A stretch of DNA of 64,000 nt, taken from the NCBI GenBank assembly GCA_016748015.1, contig JAAOMT010000494.1, forward strand, positions 674,190-738,189, written 5' to 3'. Below, in pieces: positions 27,069-40,488 of this stretch (the first letter of the stretch is position 1; the number at the start of each line of letters is the position of its first letter). The position numbers and the translations under genes are program-made. A model generated the notes under the pieces. The model had not been told where the DNA came from. It ran no database searches and saw only the letters and a program-made list of their open reading frames with translations. The DNA is from Geosiphon pyriformis uo1 (taxonomy: Eukaryota; Fungi; Glomeromycota).

Positions 27069-28117
27069 AAAAAACTTTTTTTCTTCTAATTTTTATGACC
27101 ACAACTAAAGCTAAGAGTAAAAAAGTTGCAAACAGTACTTTTCTTATAGTAACTAATAAAGTTTCAATATGAAAAGATCTCTCTGTTATTAAAACAGCTA
27201 AACAAAATGTTCTGGCTATATTTTTTTAAAAAATATTAGTGAAAAGCTGTCTTTAGCAACTTCTGGTTTATTTTTTTTATCTTTAGCTGGTAGTTTTTTT
27301 CCAATCAAAATTTCTTCAAAAAAACACATTCAGGTTAGTTTCAGTATTGTCTCTACCACTTCTAAGAACTCAAAGATTTTTAATAACAGACCAGTTAACA
27401 AGTTGGTCTTTTCTGCTTTTACAATTCTCACTACTATTACTATTACTACTTCCACTTTACAAATGGCTAAAAAAACCAAAAAATCCAAAAAACAGCAGCA
27501 GACAGTCACAACTGCTATGGTCACACCAAACTTTTTTGTAATTCTAGATGAGATTTTAAGAAAAATCTCTATAACAACAGCCAGTTTTTTTCCTAATATA
27601 GATGGCAATAGCAACAGTTCAACTCCTAATATGAAGCAAGATTAACTTCTGGTTGTGTTGCTTAATGGCAGATCATCTCCTACCTTGGAAGCAAAACAGT
27701 CTATCATCTCTGATGATTTCAAAGATTGTGCTGATTTGATGGAAATAGAATCATCTGCTCCTTTCTCAGTTTTGGTGTTGCTAATAGTAGTGCTTAAATA
27801 AATGTGAATGGTCAACAAAGATTCTTTGGATGGGTGGCCTCCACTTTTGTGCCTGGTGCCACATTTAAGATCAAGATAGTTCTTTTTAGTTCCTTGTTTC
27901 AGCTGCTGCCTGGTTGTTTTGGGCTTAAGTCAGTTTTACAAAATACTGTTAAGTTGTTCTGTATAGAATTTGCATCTCAGGAGAGTCTGAATGGTGTCAC
28001 CAAAGTAATCATTAATGATGAGATTTGTTTAAACACTCTTAAAATTGCATGGTCTTCTAGTGTGAACTCTGTTTCTTCTCTTTCCTTGTCAATTATACTG
28101 TATAATATACCTTTGAA
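27069..28117 (+). mobile_element. ORF1-only (HAL1-like) retroposon, 5' part, degenerate
   Basis: Colinear with 51650-52705; ATG ~27095 (MTTTKAKSKKVAN..). Interrupted by opposite-strand copies of the same family. Confidence 0.8.
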
Positions 28118-30546
28118 TATATTTTTTTTGTTAATATGTAGCCATGCCAATTGTTTATTAGTTATGTCTACAGTAATGTAACACTTTTATTTTTTATTTT
28201 TTTTTTGTTAATATGTAGCCACACCAGTTATTTATTAGTTAAGCCCACAGTAATATGGCAGTTTCATAAAGCCAGCTCACCCAATAATACAAAAATCACA
28301 AGATGTGGCTAACCACAATCAGAAAGCCTTAATTACATATTAGTACTATTTTTGCTACCTAATGTATTAAACATATCTAATTCATATATCTTACCCATAA
28401 TGCATACAAGCTCATAACTATTCTTAACAAGACCACTTATCTACTTAACAGTTTGATTAGGATTGGATCTGATAATAGAGGATTGAACCTTCCATAATTT
28501 TATTATTACACCAAATATGTTATCATAGACTGAAAAATTTTTAACATCATTATTATCATCATCATTATCATCATCCATGTCTTTATTATTAGATATGTCA
28601 AAGTAGATCTTCCCACTTTTTAACTTGATAGGCCCCACTTTTTTTTGCAGTGCAGAAGCCACAACATGAACAGCATTAATTTGGTTTCTCAATCCAACCA
28701 TACTTTTCTTTATTGTCTCTGCTATAACAGATAGAGTAGATAATAATTTAGTAACCAACACAACCAAAAAACCCACAGGCTTAACTATAAATTTGATCAA
28801 CAAAAACAGTTTACTAAGTTGGGTTTCCAGAGAAGCCAACTTAGCATTAACAGCAACATTTGAACCAGAGGAGACAACAAGTAACAGAGGCACAACACTT
28901 TTGGGGGGAGCACCAAAAGCCAGATCCATATTAGCAGCAGCAGCAACAAGAGGAACAACAAAGGTGGTAGCTTTGGCATAGGATTTAGCTCCAACAAAGG
29001 ATGACTTAATGATATTAGAACCACTAGCAAAATTAGAAGAGAGTTTGAGAAAGAGAGGTAGCAACACCTTATAGTCCACAGCCAAATAATCCAAACTTTG
29101 ATATCTGTAGCAGCTATGACATCCAAGAGTTTCCCACCAGATGTGACAGCCATGTAAGGTACCAGTTTTTGAAACAGCAGCATTTAAAGATTCCAAGGAA
29201 TCAAAAATCACTACAGCAAAGTATTGATGTCAATAGGTATTAGGGGAGTGGGAAATGAAACATGTATGGCCACCAACTTGGAATACCAGATCACTTATTT
29301 TAAATGCAGTGCAGCCAAATAGAAGATTGATCAGCTTAGCTTTGAAAGCATCTCTTGAGAAGATAACCTTCTTTTGGTTGGCAATGAGAAGAATTCTAAC
29401 ACTGTCTTTTCTGACCAAAACAGACCAATGAGAGAGAGCAGTAGCAGCAGAAGAAGTGTCCTTAAAATTAACCACAGCATATTGTCATAAGCCAGCAGAC
29501 TTTAATTTAACAGATGTGACAACACCAAAAATGCCAAGAGCAGATTTGATGTCATCAAAAGAGATATCCAAAGGTATGTCATACAGTACAACTAACAGAG
29601 AAAGAAAAGAAACAGAGGCCATACCAGAAGATTGTGCAATCTTAAGAGTAGTCAAAAAAACCTCATTACCAATGGCCACTTTGGTGGCACTATTTAAATT
29701 TTTCTGAGATACAAATTCTACACAGAACAACTTAATAGCATCTCATGAAACTGACTTAAGCCCAATACAACCAGGCAGCAGCTAAAACAAGAAACTAAAA
29801 AGAGCCATCTTGATCTTGAACATAGCACCAAACACAAGAGTAGAGGCCACCCACCCAAAGAATCTTTGTTAACCATTTACATTCATCCAAGCACCACCAT
29901 TAGCAACACCAGAAGCTGGAAGTGGAGTAGATGATTCCATTTCCATTTGATCAGCCCAATCTTTAAGATTATCTGAAATGATAAGCAGTTTTGCTTCCAT
30001 GACAGGAAATAATCTGCTGGAGATTACCACATCAGACAACACAGCTAGCAGTTGATCTTGCTTTACATTAGGAGTTGAGTTGTTGCTATTGCCATCCATA
30101 TCAAGAAGAGGGCTGGCTGTTGCTGTGGAGATCTTACCCAAGATCTCATATAAAACTACAAAAGAGTTCAGTGTGACCATAGCAGTTGTGACTGCTTACT
30201 GCTGTTTTTTGGAATTTTTTGCTTTTGTGGCTATTTGTGAAGCAGAGATAGTAGAAGTAGTAAGAGTGGTGAGAGCAAAAAAAACCAACTTGTTGACTGG
30301 TCTGTTATTAAAAATTTTTGGACTTTTTAAAGTAGTAGAGACAACACTAGGACTAACCCAAATGTGCCTTTTTGACTGAAAAAGAACTACTAGCCAAAGA
30401 TGAAGAAAATAAACCAGAAGCCACTAAAGGCAGCTTTTCATTAATGTTTTTTAAAGGAAACATAGCCAGAATGTTTTGTCTAGCTGCTTCAATAACAAAG
30501 AGACCCTCTCATGTTGAAACTTTATTAGTTACTATAAAAAAAGTAC
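28118..30546 (-). mobile_element. ORF1-only retroposon: a short 3'-end copy (~28118-28183) plus a near-full copy (~28184-30546) whose 5' end is cut by a Gypsy insertion
   Basis: Two poly(T) tails, each followed by 'gttaatatgtagcca', the reverse complement of the 3' UTR at 54055-54070. ORF fragments 28441-30180 match 51674-53947. Confidence 0.82.
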
Positions 30547-33500
30547 TGTTATGATTGAAACTTATATTTCTTATTAATTATCACATGTATTAGCCACTGA
30601 TATCACATAAATTAGCCACTCTATTTTTAGAAAGTAATCATTAACCTGATCAATAACTTGACCATTGACCTAATCATTGATCTGATTATTGATCTAGTTG
30701 TTAACTTGATCATTGACCACTTTTGACAGCTATATAAGTGATAAATCTCTTAGCTGTAGAAAAGCATAAAGAAATTAAGGAAATCAAATAAATAAAATAA
30801 CAACTTTTATCTCAATCCTTCTCTTATTACTAATTTCCTTTTCTCTACTTTCAAATATCTAAACATCTTAAAGATAAAAGATTACTTGTTGGTTATTTCT
30901 TACTCTTTTTCTGAAACATGTAATTGCAACATTTAAAGATTATTGAATAAAACATGACTAAAGAGCACATCTAATACTTAATATTGAATTCTAAAAATGC
31001 TGATGTGAGGCATAGAATTATACCAAGTGTAATCATTTGTTGACAGTATGGACTATCTCTCTACCTTCAGATTCTCCAGTTACCTTTTGAAAAGAATAGC
31101 AACTGAGATATTTTATAAGACTGATCTTGCATATTGAATCCATACTTATTCAATTTGCTTATTGAAGTTGAATTCCCTTTGATTATTTCTATCATCCTAC
31201 AATCCTGTTCTTCTTTGCTATCCATTAGCTTGTTACTTCAATCTATAACATAAAAGTAGTGCTTTCTGTGAGGTTGTCAAAATTCACTTTGTTTCCTATT
31301 GTATGGGTGATTATTTATATCTGCTACAACAATCAGAAAAACACTTTAAAGCACATAACAAAAACGATCTAGATTTTATTGAACTCAATCCCTTGCCCTC
31401 CTGCTTGATTTGCTTACCCATTGAAAAACAATTCAGCAGACAATTCCAAGACTTTTGGAACTGGTTCCTAAATAAGCATTTAGCTGAAACCTACACAGTT
31501 TATACAACCTATTACTTTGACCAAGCTTATTTTGAAGACAACTTTGAAGAAAGAAACAACAGTATCAATCAGCTCTTATATTCTGCAACCTTTGAACAAC
31601 AGCCCCCTGATTTCGAATATCTGAATCATCAAATCCACATTTGGATTGCTGCCTATTAATCAACAGAAACTCTTCTTAAAACAGAAGAAGAAAGCTATCA
31701 AACCACTCCTGTTTTTGATCTCTTTTCAAGTAAATCAGAACACTCCATACAAACAGTTACACTTGAACCAATGGCTCAAAACTCTCTGCAACAAAACATT
31801 TTGATTGCCCTCTAAGATATACAGACTGCTTTAGGGCGAAAAAACAACACCCCATTACTATTATTTAGAAGTAATGCCCAAGATCTAATCAAATGATTGG
31901 ATGATTTTGATAGAGCTGCCATCACAAACCAATATGATAATGAATACAAGTTCCAAATTGTTGGTGGCTACCTCTAAGGCTCTCCTGCTACTTGGTTTTT
32001 ACAAGAAACCAATGCCAATCCTCAACAAAGAATCATTAAATAGACACCAGCAAATGTTGGAGAAGACAACACTTCTTTCACTATCCAGTTTGAAATAAAA
32101 TTTAGAACTCCCATCTTAATCTCAAAATGGTGTATAGAATTAGAAAAAAAAACTCAAGGCTCTGGTGAGATTGTGACAGAATATGCCAAAGTAATAAGAA
32201 AACTTATTAAATGGGTAGACTCTGGAAGAAATTGGACAGAAAAACAGAAAATACATTCCTTCACAAAAGAACTGAGAACTGATCTATCATATGCTCTTTG
32301 GCCCCTCCTGGCCTTGAAAGATAATCCCACAATGGATATGGCCATTGAACTTGCTCAGAGAATAGAAGACAATCAAAAGATGCATCTAGGATTCACACTT
32401 CCAGTTTTTGCTCCTGCTCCTGTTATGGCTTCTGCTCCCCAAATGGCTGCTACCTCTTTTGCTACCCAAACTCAAGACCCAAATGAACAGTTAATAGATA
32501 GACTTATAGTTAATCTTGCCCAGCTATTAGAACCATTAGCCCAAGCAGTCAGAGACAACCAGCAACCCTAAAGACTCAGATTTGAACCCCACTTCAATCA
32601 GCCCCAACAACTACCATATCCAAGACAACAAAATTGTGGTCCACCTGTGTGCTACTGCTGTGGATTAACTGGACATTTTTCAAGAGACTGCAACAATCCT
32701 CTTTTGTCTTCTCCAGCTCCCAGAAATAATGACACCCAGAATAACAGACCCAACAATAATAATGTTCCCAATCAAAGACCCAATCATGCCAACATCAATT
32801 TCTTTGGAGAGAATCTCTTAGTTGAAGCCACTGTTTATTAGTCTTTAAACTGATAGGCACACCTCCAAAGATTGAGAGTGCAAGCCAACCAGAAAAAAAT
32901 CTCTTTTATGCTTTTAATCTAATTGATGATGACCACAACATAAATAAACTGGCAATCAATACCTCTGACTTAACAAGAAAGAAGAAGAAAGCCAAGGTTG
33001 ATTTTGCTCTAAATTCCAACAAAGCCTCAACTTCTGCTGCTGACAATAATGAGCCACCAAAGACTAAGGTTTTTAAAAATTCTCCAAAATTGGAACCTCC
33101 AAAAATCTAGTCCCTATTCTGTTGTTAAAGATCTCATAGAAACCTTAGCACACATTACATTTGGCCAACTAATGACTCATTCACAGTTCAGAAAAGATCT
33201 TTGCAAATCATTGATACCAAAGAAAAAGACACCAAAGACCAATAAACGCCCACATCAAGCTGGACTTGCTGACAACAGTAATATTACCCCTCTTATTTGT
33301 AAAGCCCAAGTGACTGGTTATTTCATTAATCTGATCCTGGACAATGGATCATCTGTTAGTGTTATTGCCAAACACTTTTTAGAAGCAATTGGCAGAAAGA
33401 TTGATGAACCATCCACAAAACCAATGACCAATGTACATGATGACAAAAAGAAAGGACTAGGTATAACCAAAGCTATTCCTGTCTGCATTAATGATATCAG

Positions 33501-36203
33501 CATTGAAACTGACATGGAAGTATCTAAAGCAAAAGAGTACACCATAATTGTTGGCAATAAGTGACTTAAGAAAGCTAAAATACTACTCGACTATGAGCTT
33601 TGTAAGCTAACCATCAGATGTAGAGAAAAGCCCATTGTGGTTAAGTGCCATCATTGAACAACTCCTCCAGTACCCAAGCAAAACCAGGAAGAAGAACAAT
33701 CAGATAATAATAAGAGCGATAATAAAGATCAAGAAGAACAAGAAGAAACTGCTGAATTTGCCTATACTATCTTTACCAGCAATAACAAGCCACTGAACAA
33801 TGTTAAAGCTAACAAAGAAGAAATTATTGTAAATAGCAAGCTGATCTGCTGGCCCTACTATGATATCCTCAGAAGAACCTTTGACAGAAAACCTAGCAAA
33901 AATGCCAAATACAGTTATTAGTGGCATGGCTCTTGTGCATGATACTGGTATAATAAACTTTTGTATTCACTAAGTAATAAATGCAAATCTTGCCTGATCT
34001 ATTACAAAGATTGGGAACCAATTAGCTTGATACCTTGAGAAGAACTTAAAGAAATACAAAAGTCTTTTGAGAATAAACCACCTGGAATTCAATTATTAGT
34101 TGTAGAACAAAGAGAACCTTCTTCTGAAGAAAAAAAAGTAGACATTAAAAATCTGTTGGCTAGGAATAGCCCAGTTATCTCAAAAGAAGGTGATACCTCT
34201 GGACGAACCCATGTAATACAACACACCATCACCACAAAAAAAACTTGCCCCATCCATTTGAAGTCTTATCAATCCAATCAACGCAATGATGAGTTTATCA
34301 AGAAAGAGATAAACTAGATAAAAGATTTTGAATTCATACAAAAAACCAAGAGTGAATGGGCTTTTACAGTTGTAGTGGTATCCAAGAAAAGTGGAATCTT
34401 ATGCTTCTGTGTTGACTATCAACAATTAAATGCCATTACTATAAGAGACATGTACCCACTTCCCAAAATTGATACAATGCTAGATAAATTCAATGGTGCT
34501 GCTTTCTTCTCAACTATTGACTTAACTGCTGGATTCTGGCAAGTAGAGATGGATCCAGAAAGCAGAAAAAAAACTGCCTTCATTACCAAGTATGGCACTT
34601 ATGAATTCACAGTCATGCCTTTTGGTCTCACCAATGCTCCTCCTACCTTTCAACACCTAATGGATAAAGTGTTTGAATCAGTAAAAGAAAACTTTGTTTT
34701 GGTTTACTTGGATGACATAATAGTATATTCAAAAACCTGGAATGAACATCTTGAACATCTGCAAAAGGTTTTTGACCTCCTTAAAAATGCTGGCCTTAAG
34801 ATCAACCCAATCAAATCTTTTTTTGGATGCCAATTCACCCAGTTTCTTGGTCATTTTATTACAAAAGATGAAATCTTCTCTGACTTAGCTAAAGTTGAAA
34901 AAGTTTAGAACATTAGACAACCAATGAATGTTCTTAAACTATGCTCTTTCCTTGGTTTGGCCTCTTACTATCACAAATTTATCAAGGATTTCTCCAAATT
35001 GCCTTTCCTCTCAATCAGCTACTCAGGAAAAATGTCAATTATCACTGAGACACTTATCAACAAAAAGCTTTCAAAATTCTGAAGAAAAAACTTGTTACTG
35101 AACCAATTCTCAAACAACCTGATCTGGACCAACCTTTTATTTTCTACACTGATGTATCTGGCTATAGACTTGATACTGTCCTTTCACAGAAAGATGAAAA
35201 TGGCAAAAAATATTTCATAGCATATGCTAGTAGATCTTTCACACCAGCAGAAAAGAACTATTCAGTTACTGAACAAGGATGTTTGGGCTACTAGCTACTA
35301 GGATCAATATCTTCTTGGTGCAAAATTCTTAATGGTAACAGATTATCAAGCCTTAGTTTGGCTGCATAAGAAAAAGAAGCTGGAACACAAATAAATAACT
35401 TGCTGGATACTCTACTTGGATGAATTCAACTATGATATTCAACACCACAAAGGAGCAAATTATTAAAATGCTGACACTTTCTTTAAACTTACCATCCAGT
35501 GATAGTACAATCTCTCAAACCAAATCAACTTAATTATTAAAACTTGTTATATGGAAGGCAATTAGAACTTTATGGTCACCTTGGTGAAATCATAGAGTAT
35601 ATGAAACTCATGAAGAAAACAACTTCAGAGATACAGGCAAAAATTTTGGGCATTATATGGTTAGATGTTCTAAGAGTTTTAACTATTGCTAAAAGAGCCA
35701 AAACTCTAATACAAAGATTTGGTCTTTTGGATACAAAACTCATTTCACCTCAAGTATTATATATCTTATTCACAAAAGACTTCAACAAACTAGTTAGCTT
35801 TGAGTTAAATAAAACCCTTCAAATAGATTATACCATAAATAGCTTGATTTTGCCAGAGTTCAACCCCTTTGGAGAGAATGATGTTACAGTTGAAACTTAT
35901 ACTTCTTATTAATTATCACATGTATTAGTCACTGATGTTATATAAATTAGCCACTCTATTTTTAGAAAGTGATCATTGACCTGATTATTGACCACTTTTG
36001 ATAGCTATATAAGTAATAAATCTCTTAGTTGTAAAAAAACATGTAGAAATCAAAAAAATCAAAAAAATAAAATAACAACTTTTATTTTAATCTTTCTTTT
36101 ATTGCTAATTTCTCTTTCCCTACCTTCAAGTATCTGAACATCTTGGGATAAAAGATCACTTGTTGGTTATTTTCTACCCTTTTTCTGAAATGTGTAATAG
36201 CAG
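30547..36203 (+). mobile_element. Ty3/Gypsy family A, copy 4: integrase deleted, 3' LTR truncated
   Basis: 5' LTR 30547-31250 (left flank GTAC), gag ATG 31303, PR, RT and RH. A junction at ~35539 joins the RH/IN linker to mid-ORF3. The 3' LTR starts at 35882 and is cut at ~36203. Confidence 0.9.
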
Positions 36204-36729
36204 TATTACGAGTTGGAGTTATAAGCTAATAGATAACAAGGGAAAACAGAATTGTAGAATAATAGAAATAATCAAAGGAAATTCAACTTCAAAAAGTGAA
36301 TTGAATAAATATGGATTCAATGTGCAAGATTAGTCTCATAAAATATCTCAGTCGCTATTCTTTTTAAAAGGTAACTAGGGAATCTGAAAGTAGAGGAATA
36401 GTCCATACTGTCAACAAATGATCACACTTGGTATAATTCTATGTTTCACATTGGCACTTTTAGAATTCAATATTAAGTATCAAATATGCTCTTTAGTTAT
36501 GTTTTATTCAATAATCTTCAAATGTTACACTTATACATTTCAGGAAAAGAATAAGAATTAACCAACAAGTAATCTTTTATCCTAAGATGTTTGGATACTT
36601 GAAGGTAGGGAAAGGGAAATTAGTGATAAGAGAATAATTGAGATAAAAGTTGTTATTTTATTTATTCTTGATTATTTTGAACATGCTTTTCTACAGCTAA
36701 AAGATTCATTGCTTATATAGTTGTTAAAA

Positions 36730-36864
36730 GTGATCAATAATAAGGTCAATAACTAGGTCAATAATCAGATCAATGATCAAGTCAATAATCAGATTGTTGA
36801 TCAGGTCAATGATCAGATTAATGATCAGGTCAACTGTCAGGTCAATAATCAGGTCAATGATCAT
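36730..36864. repeat. 12-bp tandem repeat (GATCAGGTCAAT)n in the family A LTR U3 region
   Basis: About 11 degenerate units here. Other LTR copies carry fewer, down to ~2 at 54600. Confidence 0.85.
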
Positions 36865-37234
36865 TATCTAAAAATAGAGTGGTTAATTTATATAACATCA
36901 GTGGCTAATACATGTGATAATTAATAAAAAGTATAAGTTTCAACTGTAATATCATTCTCTCTAAAGAGATTGAGCTCTGGCAAAATCAAACTATTCATGG
37001 GGTAATCTATTTGAAAAGTTTTATCTAATTCAAAACTAACTAGTCTGTTGAAGTCTTTTGTAGATAAGATGTATAAAACTTAAAGCAAAATGAGCTTTGT
37101 ATCTAAGAGACCAAATCTTTGTATAAGAATTTTGGCTCTTCTTGCAATGGTCAAAACTCTTGAGACATCTAATCATATAATGCCCAAAATTTCTACTTGT
37201 ATCTTAGAAGTTGTTTTCTTCATAAGCTTTATGT

Positions 37235-38056
37235 TGTTACTTATAGAAAAAAAAAACAGATATAGGAAAATAGAAGACCAATAGGAGAATAGTAGTTAGC
37301 ACATGAGCACATTGCTCAGCAATGTGGAGCAATGTCAGAAATCACAGCACATCGCTCAGCAATGTAGAGCAATGTCAAGAAAATACAGCACATTGCTTGA
37401 GAAATTATAGCACATTACTTGAGAATGTGAGTGATTTCATAGAACCCAAATTATGTATATATAGCAGTAGCATTAGAAGTAGAAAAGACAGACCTCTCAG
37501 TTTAGATTTGATTTAAGCAACCTTCTATTCACAAATATCAATAAATAATTATTCACCATCTTAATTCACTCTCCACTATCAATACTTCATGTTGATAGTA
37601 AGTGATACTTAACTACACGAGAACAATAGCTTTTGATCACAGCTATTGACAGAATACTAACTTGCAATTGCTTTTGTTTATTTCTTTATTTTTTCTTTTA
37701 TTTTCTTTGTTTTGTCATTTCATTGGTTTTACTAAACTGATTAAAAATTAAGTACTAAGTTATTGACATTAAGGATAGCCTGGTAAAAAACCCCAAAGGA
37801 AGGGTATAGGAATTGAGAATTTAAGAATAGCTTACCAGAAAAGCATCTTTGCCAAGATTATCGGCCACCATGCTGAGAAAAAAATTTGACAGAATTGCAA
37901 TTCCGGGAGGCTACAGGAAAGACAACACTTGAATTTCTGTCTATTATACAAAAAACTCCACAACAAAACCTTCAGATATTGACACCAGAATACCAATCCA
38001 GCACCAAGTTACAGATTTGTTATTTGACTTGAGACCCCAAATAATTATCTGTAACA
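37235..38056 (+). mobile_element. Solo LTR of a second LTR-retrotransposon family (B)
   Basis: TGTTAC...GTAACA ends with ATGT TSD (37231-34, 38057-60) inside ORF3 of copy 5. TATA box ~37456. Homologous to 55280-56101 downstream of the TATA box. Confidence 0.88.
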
Positions 38057-39470
38057 ATGTCTTCTATAATTTCACCAAGATGACCATAGAGTTCTAGTTG
38101 TCTTTCATATGACAAGTTTTTGTCTATGGGCAAGATTTCCTTAATCGTTTTTCCAATTGTAATGGAAGATACAAGTATTGCTGCTGTTATGCTTTCTAGC
38201 AGATACTTATCCATTTTGCTACCAATTTTTTCTCTTTTGGTAGTAGTTTTCTTTAGTCTAATAACAGTATGTGTTCTACTGTTATCAGTTATGGTGGTTT
38301 GTTTTCCGATGGTTAAAGTAGCATTTGGATAGTTTTTGATTCAATACTCATAAAGAGTATAAAAAGTGTTTTGAATGTTTTAATCCAGAAAATAATTGTT
38401 TATGTTGATTGAAGATATCTCTGTTTTGGGAATGTTGCATTTATTTATACTTGATTTTTGCTGATTATTTGAGTTGGTATTACTACAACAGACAGCCAAT
38501 CAGGTTATTTATGATATTTCTTAAATTATGTACCATGAACAGAATAATCATTAAAGATTGTTCTGAATTGATCTTAAAGAATATAAAAACCATTGTTCAA
38601 AACTTTGTTGACTATAAAGAGTTTTTTCCACCAGCTAGAAAATTTGTCATCATAAACATTGTCTCTGTCTGAACAATATTCCAATACCAAGTCACTAACA
38701 CTTAAAGAAAGTGTTTTATAGATTTTCTTTTTCTTAAAACTGTTTTATCTTTTTAAAAGCAATTATTTGTGCTTCTACCAAGGAGTCAAGAATAGTACTG
38801 TTACAGATTGGAGTAACAAGCTAATGGATAGCAAGGAAGAACAAAATTGTAGGGTGATGGAAATAATCAAAGGGGATTCAACTTTAAAGAGTGAATTGAA
38901 TGAGTATGGATTCAATGTGCGAGATCAGTCTCATAAAATATCTCAGTCACTATTCTTTTCAAAGATAACTGGGGAATCTGAAGGTAGAGGGATAGTCTGT
39001 ACTGTCAACAATTGATCACCACTGGTATTAATTCTATGCCTTCACATCAGCACTTTTAGAATTCAATATCAGGTATCAGATGTACTCTTCGGTCACATTT
39101 TATTCAATAATCTTCAAATGCTGCAATTACACATTTTCAGGAAAAAAATAGGTAAATTCCAACAAGTAATCTTTTATCCTAAGATGTTTAGATACTTGAA
39201 AATAGGGAAAAGGAAATTAGCAATAAGAGAGTGATTGAAATGAAAGTTGTTATTTTTATTTATTTGATTCTTGTCTAAGAGATGATTTTCTATAGCTAAG
39301 AGACTCATCGCTTATATAGCTATTGAAAATGGTCAACAACCAGGTCAACAACTAGGTCAATGATCAGATCAATGATCAGGTCAACAGTCAGGTCATTGAT
39401 CAGGTCAATGATCACTATCTAAAAATAGAGTGGCTACTTATGTGACATCAATGGCTAATACATGTGATAA

Positions 39471-40223
39471 CTAATAAAAATTATGGGTTTCAACCATAAC
39501 ATTATCCTCTCCAAAGAGATTGAGCTCCGGTGAAATCAAGCTATTTATAAGATATTCTAATTGAAGGGTTTTATCTAACTCAAAACTAACTAGTTTGTTG
39601 AAGTCTTTTGTGAATAGAGTATATAGTGCTTGAGGTAAAATAAGCTTTGTATCCAAGAGACCAAATCTTTCTATAAGAGTTTTGGCTCTTCTTACAATGG
39701 TCAAAACTCTTGGGATATCTAAACGTATAATGCCCAAAATTTCCACTTGTATCTCTAAAGTTGTTTTCTTTATGAGCTTCATTTCTTCTATGATTTCACC
39801 AAGATGACCATAGAGTTCTAGTTGTCTTCCATATGACAAGTTTTTGTCTATAGGCAAGATTTTCTTAATCATTTTTCTAATTGTTATGGAAGGTGTAAGT
39901 ATTGCTGCTGTTATGCTTTCCAGCAAATACTTATTTATTTTGCTACCAATTTTTTCTCTTCTGGTAGTGGTTTTCTTTGGTCTAATAATAGTATGTGTTC
40001 TACTGTTATCAGTTATGGTGGTTTGTTTTCCAATGGTCAGAGTAGCATTTGGATAATTTTTAATCCAGTACTTATGGAGAGTGTAGAAAGTGTTTTGAAT
40101 GTTTTGATCTAGGAAATAATTGTTCATGTCAATTGAAGATACCTCTGTTTTGGGAATAATGCATTTATTTATATCTGATTTTTGTTGATCATTTGGGTCG
40201 GTATTACCACAACAGATAACCAA
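39471..40223 (-). CDS. Extra 3' ORF (ORF3) of family A, unknown function
   Basis: Open 250-codon frame after integrase; first ATG (MNNYFLDQ) at ~40127. It crosses the PPT and stops ~30 nt inside the 3' LTR. Homologous pieces occur in all seven copies. Confidence 0.75.
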   Translation of the reverse strand: MVICCGNTDPNDQQKSDINKCIIPKTEVSSIDMNNYFLDQNIQNTFYTLHKYWIKNYPNATLTIGKQTTITDNSRTHTIIRPKKTTTRREKIGSKINKYLLESITAAILTPSITIRKMIKKILPIDKNLSYGRQLELYGHLGEIIEEMKLIKKTTLEIQVEILGIIRLDIPRVLTIVRRAKTLIERFGLLDTKLILPQALYTLFTKDFNKLVSFELDKTLQLEYLINSLISPELNLFGEDNVMVETHNFY

Positions 40224-40488
40224 TTAGGTTATTTGTGATATTTCTTGAGTCATGTGCCATAAACAGGGTGATCATTGAAGATATAAGAACCATTGTTCAA
40301 AACTTTGTTGACTATAAAAGATCCTTTCCACTGGCTAGAGAATTTATTATCATAGACATTGTCTCTGTCTGAATGGTATTCTAAAATTAAGTCACCAACA
40401 CTTAAGGAAAGTGTTTTATATGTTTTCTTTTTCTTAAGCTTCTCTTGGAATTGTTTTATCTTTTCAAAGGCAATTATCTGTGCTTCTA

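Noticed and set aside
36203-36206. GTAT as the TSD of copy 5 (matching 54713-16)
   Set aside because: It requires loss of the terminal TGT, and the sequences beyond the two flanks are not contiguous, so it was not counted as confirmed.
39471-40223. ORF3 as an env gene
   Set aside because: No signal peptide, fusion peptide or transmembrane anchor is visible, and it is short for Env.
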